DNA from: Candidatus Poribacteria bacterium | Lineage (GTDB): Bacteria; Poribacteria; WGA-4E; WGA-3G | Assembly (NCBI GenBank): GCA_965215265.1 | Contig: OZ244048.1 | Location: forward strand, 1,376,001 to 1,440,000 | DNA: 64,000 nt | Direction of reading: 5' to 3' | In this document: positions 60,244-64,000 of the stretch, piece by piece | Layout: every line of letters begins with the position of its first letter | Numbering within the stretch: the first letter of the stretch is position 1 | Translations under genes and position numbers: made by a program | The notes under the pieces: model-generated | Told to the model about the DNA's origin: nothing | What the model saw: the letters and a program-made list of their open reading frames with translations, nothing else | The model's database searches: none

Positions 60244-61797
60244 GTGGACGATTTTCAAACCAACCCCCAAAAGGTCCATATTTTTGATACGACCTTGCGT
60301 GATGCAGAGCAGACACCCGGTGCTGCTCTCGGGATTGAGGAAAAACTAGAGATTGCTAAGCACCTCGCGAAACTAAAAGTCGATGTGATTGAAGCTGGAT
60401 TCCCGATTTCCTCACCTGGTGATTTTGATGCTGTGCAGCGTATCGCAAACGAAGTTGATGGCCCTGAAATTTGTGCGTTATCCCGTGTGGTGGAGAAGGA
60501 CATTACTGCTGCATGGCAAGCAATCCAAGACGCACCGCGTGCACGCATCCATACCTTTGTGGGCACATCACCAATTCACATGGGACGTATCACGCGCACA
60601 ACGCCGGAAGATACACTGCGCATGGCTGTCGATGCTGTTAGATATGCGACGGAGTTGTGTGCCGGACAGCCAAATGCAACCGTTGAATTTTCACCGATGG
60701 ATGCAGGACGTACCGAACCCGCGTTCCTTTACAAAGTGGTTGAGGCCACCATTGGAGCCGGGGCTAATGTCGTCAATATACCGGAAACCGTTGGCTGGAC
60801 GTTACCTGCTGAATTCGGAAACCTCATCGCGGGGATAAAGAAAAACGTCGCGAACATTGAGGAAGCGATTATTAGTGTCCACTGCCATAACGACTTGGGG
60901 CTTGCTGTGGCAAATAGTCTACATGCAATAGAACGGGGCGCACGCCAGGTCGAATGCACGATTAACGGGCTCGGAGAACGTGCTGGAAACACCTCTCTTG
61001 AAGAGATTGTGATGGCCATCCGGACGCGCCGCGACTATTTCAAAGAGTACTATACCGATATTAATACGCAAGAAATAGTGCCTATTAGTCGGCGAGTCAG
61101 CCGAACGATGGGAATCCCCGTGCAACCGAACAAAGCTATCGTCGGGGCAAACGCTTTTGCACACAGTTCCGGTATCCACCAAGACGGAATTATTAAGTCC
61201 CGTGTCACCTTTGAAATCATAGACCCGAAGGAGATCGGCTGGAAAGAGAGCCAACTGATTCTGAGCCCTCGTTCCGGACGTAATGCACTCAAACATCGCC
61301 TGAGTGAACTGGGCTACGAAATACCGCCGGAGCAATTAGACAAAGTTTACGAACGTTTCCTGCAGGTTGCCGATAAGAAGAAGGCGGTGCATGACGCAGA
61401 CCTTGAAGCAATCATGAGCGACGAAATTCGAGCAGTCCCCGCACACTTTGAGCTTGACTACATCCAAGTCGTCAGCGGCACCAAAATCTCACCTACTACC
61501 ACGGTTGGTGTGAAGACAGAAAACGGTGTAGTTGAGAGTGCATCAACCGGCGACGGGCCAGTTGATGCCGCGTTCAAAGCGATCGGGCAGATTGTCAAAT
61601 TCCGACTCAACCTGATTGACTATCAGATCCGGTCTGTCACCGAAGGCGAAGATGCAATCGGGGAGGTAACGCTAAAAGTGCAGGATAACGGGAACCTCAT
61701 CACAGGACACGGGGCAAGTACTGATATCATTGAAGCCAGCGCGAAAGCCTACATTCATGCTGTGAATAAGCTGATTCAACTCCGCTCAGAAGGGTAA
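60244..61797 (+). CDS. leuA: 2-isopropylmalate synthase
   Basis: IFDTTLRDAEQ, HCHNDLG, GERAGN, HSSGIHQDG and GDGPVDA motifs; GTG start after GGAGG. Confidence 0.96.
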   Translation: MDDFQTNPQKVHIFDTTLRDAEQTPGAALGIEEKLEIAKHLAKLKVDVIEAGFPISSPGDFDAVQRIANEVDGPEICALSRVVEKDITAAWQAIQDAPRARIHTFVGTSPIHMGRITRTTPEDTLRMAVDAVRYATELCAGQPNATVEFSPMDAGRTEPAFLYKVVEATIGAGANVVNIPETVGWTLPAEFGNLIAGIKKNVANIEEAIISVHCHNDLGLAVANSLHAIERGARQVECTINGLGERAGNTSLEEIVMAIRTRRDYFKEYYTDINTQEIVPISRRVSRTMGIPVQPNKAIVGANAFAHSSGIHQDGIIKSRVTFEIIDPKEIGWKESQLILSPRSGRNALKHRLSELGYEIPPEQLDKVYERFLQVADKKKAVHDADLEAIMSDEIRAVPAHFELDYIQVVSGTKISPTTTVGVKTENGVVESASTGDGPVDAAFKAIGQIVKFRLNLIDYQIRSVTEGEDAIGEVTLKVQDNGNLITGHGASTDIIEASAKAYIHAVNKLIQLRSEG

Positions 61798-61804
61798 TAT
61801 TCAT

Positions 61805-62000
61805 TTTTTTGTATATCTCCGTACCATCAAAGGTTATGATTTTACAACGCTGCTCCTGTGTAAATCTCGTCGGAGATTCCTTAGGCATAGCATAAAAAGG
61901 CTCCGACGAGATTTGTAAAGGGTTTAACATTGCAGCAGCCTTGTTGCGGGCTCCTGTATATGAAAAAGCAGCAGCCTTGTTGCGGGCTGCACTATACGAA
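61805..62000. repeat. Family-1 repeat unit between convergent leuA and pepA
   Basis: Inner inverted repeat AAATCTCGTCGGAG/CTCCGACGAGATTT with outer TTTGTATA/TATACGAAA. Confidence 0.88.
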
Positions 62001-62045
62001 AGAAATATGTCAGGTTGTACGTAGTGTGATTGAGCAGATGCAGTG

Positions 62046-63536
62046 CTACCAATCCAGTACCAATTGCACCAACAACCGAACGCCGTAACCAGAAGCGCCT
62101 TCAGGAATATACGTAGAGCCCTTCATGCCCCATGCTGTTCCTGCGATATCCAAGTGAACCCAGGGAAAGTCTTCCACGAATTTCTTTAGAAACGCCCCGC
62201 CGGCAATTGTCCCTGCAGTGCCATCGCCGATATTCTGGACATCTGCCACTTTACTTTTAATTCCTTCATCGTAGTCGTCCCAGAGCGGCAATTCCCAGAC
62301 GCGCTCGTGCGTCTTTTGAGCGGCTGCCTTTACTCGATCCATGAGTGCTGGCTCGGTGCCCATGGCTCCTGCGGCAACATGTCCAAGACAGGTAATGACT
62401 GCCCCGGTGAGAGTTGCCAAATCGATAACGCCTTTCGGGTTATACTGGGCGGCCCACCCGAGTGCATCCGCCAAAATGAGGCGACCTTCTGCATCGGTAT
62501 TGAGGATCTCAATGGTTTTACCGCCGTAGGAGGCGACAACGTCCCCCGGTTTAATCGCCTTGCCGCCGGGCATGTTCTCGGTTGTGGGGATGAGCCCGAT
62601 AACGTGCAAATCGGGTTTCAGCTGCCCAATCACCTGCATAGCGCCAAGGACGGCCGCCGCCCCTGACATGTCGTGTTTCATCTCATGCATGTCTTTTCCG
62701 GGCTTGATCGAAATCCCCCCGGTATCAAAGGTAATCCCTTTTCCAACCAGGACAACCGTATCTTGCGCTTCGCCCTCAGGGCGGTGTTCCAAAATGATAA
62801 ACCGTGGCTCCTCAACACTGCCCTGTGCTACTGCTAAGAGTGTGCGGAAACCTTTCTGTTCCAAAGTAGCCTTGTCAAACACCTCACAACGCAGACCGTT
62901 TTCCGAGGCTACAGCAGCTGCCTTTTCAGCGAGTTGCGTTGGTGTAAGGTAATTCCCCGGTTGATTGCTTAAATTTCGTGCGAGCTTTGTCCCATTAGCG
63001 ATGATTTGTCCTCGTTCAACTGCGCGTTCAACCGTGGGTCTGCTCGGTTCACTTTCGGCTACAAAGGTAATTGATTCAAGCGCTTTCTTCTCATCTTCCT
63101 CTTGTGCTGTTTTGTGCAGATCGAACGTATAGAGTGAGAGCAAAACCGCTTCTGTTGCAGCCTGAACCATATTCTCAGGTTCAGGTACTTCGTCCGGAAC
63201 GACAAAGGTAGCGGATTTGAGTCCCATATCCCGTGCGTATTGTGCAGCGTGCCCGGCACCCTGACGCACCTTCTCGACGGTAAGTTCATTGTATGGGCCA
63301 AGGCCAACTAACAAGAGGCGGGGGGCTGCCATGGCACCGCGTGTATAGATGAGACTCGTGCTTTTCATTTTACCTGTGAAGTCGCCAAGTTCAATCAAGT
63401 CGCGAATTCGCCCATTTAATGCTTCATCAGCGATATGAAGATACCCACTATAAAAATCAGGATTTTCTAATACGCCTATGATAACCACATCGGTTTCATT
63501 TTGCCGGAAATCCCCTGTCTTGACTGTAATGTTCAT
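62046..63536 (-). CDS. pepA: Leucyl aminopeptidase (M17)
   Basis: VGKGITFDTGG, MKHDMSG, NTDAEGRL, ATLTGA and HLDIAG motifs. Confidence 0.97.
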   Translation of the reverse strand: MNITVKTGDFRQNETDVVIIGVLENPDFYSGYLHIADEALNGRIRDLIELGDFTGKMKSTSLIYTRGAMAAPRLLLVGLGPYNELTVEKVRQGAGHAAQYARDMGLKSATFVVPDEVPEPENMVQAATEAVLLSLYTFDLHKTAQEEDEKKALESITFVAESEPSRPTVERAVERGQIIANGTKLARNLSNQPGNYLTPTQLAEKAAAVASENGLRCEVFDKATLEQKGFRTLLAVAQGSVEEPRFIILEHRPEGEAQDTVVLVGKGITFDTGGISIKPGKDMHEMKHDMSGAAAVLGAMQVIGQLKPDLHVIGLIPTTENMPGGKAIKPGDVVASYGGKTIEILNTDAEGRLILADALGWAAQYNPKGVIDLATLTGAVITCLGHVAAGAMGTEPALMDRVKAAAQKTHERVWELPLWDDYDEGIKSKVADVQNIGDGTAGTIAGGAFLKKFVEDFPWVHLDIAGTAWGMKGSTYIPEGASGYGVRLLVQLVLDW

Positions 63537-63560
63537 AAACTCTCCTTTGCAATTTCTACG

Positions 63561-63887
63561 TTACGATGCCCGTCGCATACCGGTTAAAACGACCAGAGGC
63601 TCGGTACTCGTCACAGTAATAGAGTGGTAGGTATTGGCTGGAACATCAATCCGATCCCCAGCTTCGCCGGTGCCGTTCTCATCGCCAACCTTCACATCTG
63701 CGGTTCCAGATAGAATACAGACGACTTCATCGCGGCTATGAATATAATCTAGATACGCACGGCCAGGCTGCCCGCTCCATTTGTAGGCATCAAACCCCTC
63801 AGATTGCAGCTGGTTCGAGAGCGTCGCTTGCAGGGCGCTATCGCCGGCATCCTTGTTCTGTTCCAACCAACGTGATTTCCAATTCAT
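63561..63887 (-). CDS. Cupin domain protein
   Basis: HSRDEVVCILSG...GDRIDVPANTYH; AGGAG upstream of ATG 63887. Confidence 0.8.
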   Translation of the reverse strand: MNWKSRWLEQNKDAGDSALQATLSNQLQSEGFDAYKWSGQPGRAYLDYIHSRDEVVCILSGTADVKVGDENGTGEAGDRIDVPANTYHSITVTSTEPLVVLTGMRRAS

Positions 63888-64000
63888 AGTATCTCCTTTA
63901 TTTTTTCTGTAGAGAATGGAGTTTGGGCTATCAGTCTCTAAGGTTTTATAGCAAATAACCAGTTTCATCTCCTTTTTTGAGAGCGCCTGTGCGGAGAAAT

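Overview
Bacterial chromosomal window. The gene content (PhyH dioxygenases, DUF6785-type transporters, sulfatase, Gfo/Idh/MocA, FGE-sulfatase lipoproteins, Rpn genes) suggests a Candidatus Poribacteria-like organism; this is inference. Most of the window is housekeeping and catabolic genes: mtaB, rsmE, rpe, fmt, lspA, proC, yggS, tatAC, queA, ruvABC, yebC, tyrS, aroF, leuA, pepA. Main highlights: (1) a complete diversity-generating retroelement (DGR) at about 40.7-45.3 kb, with two tandem lipoprotein targets, avd, RT and a template repeat downstream of the RT. An array of five phased promoter-like units precedes it. Two tandem Rpn genes follow it, bracketed by copies of a post-TR hairpin. (2) A hidden 336-aa tandem peroxiredoxin with two in-frame UGA (selenocysteine) codons and SECIS-like hairpins. 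(3) A full-length IleRS homologue lacking HIGH and KMSKS at the ileS-lspA position. (4) A palindromic repeat family at most gene junctions of the first 13 kb that appears to supply RBSs and stop codons. (5) A Leu/aromatic-rich leader peptide attenuator upstream of aroF-leuA. (6) A DNA methyltransferase split at a G9 tract. All alignments and counts were done by eye.
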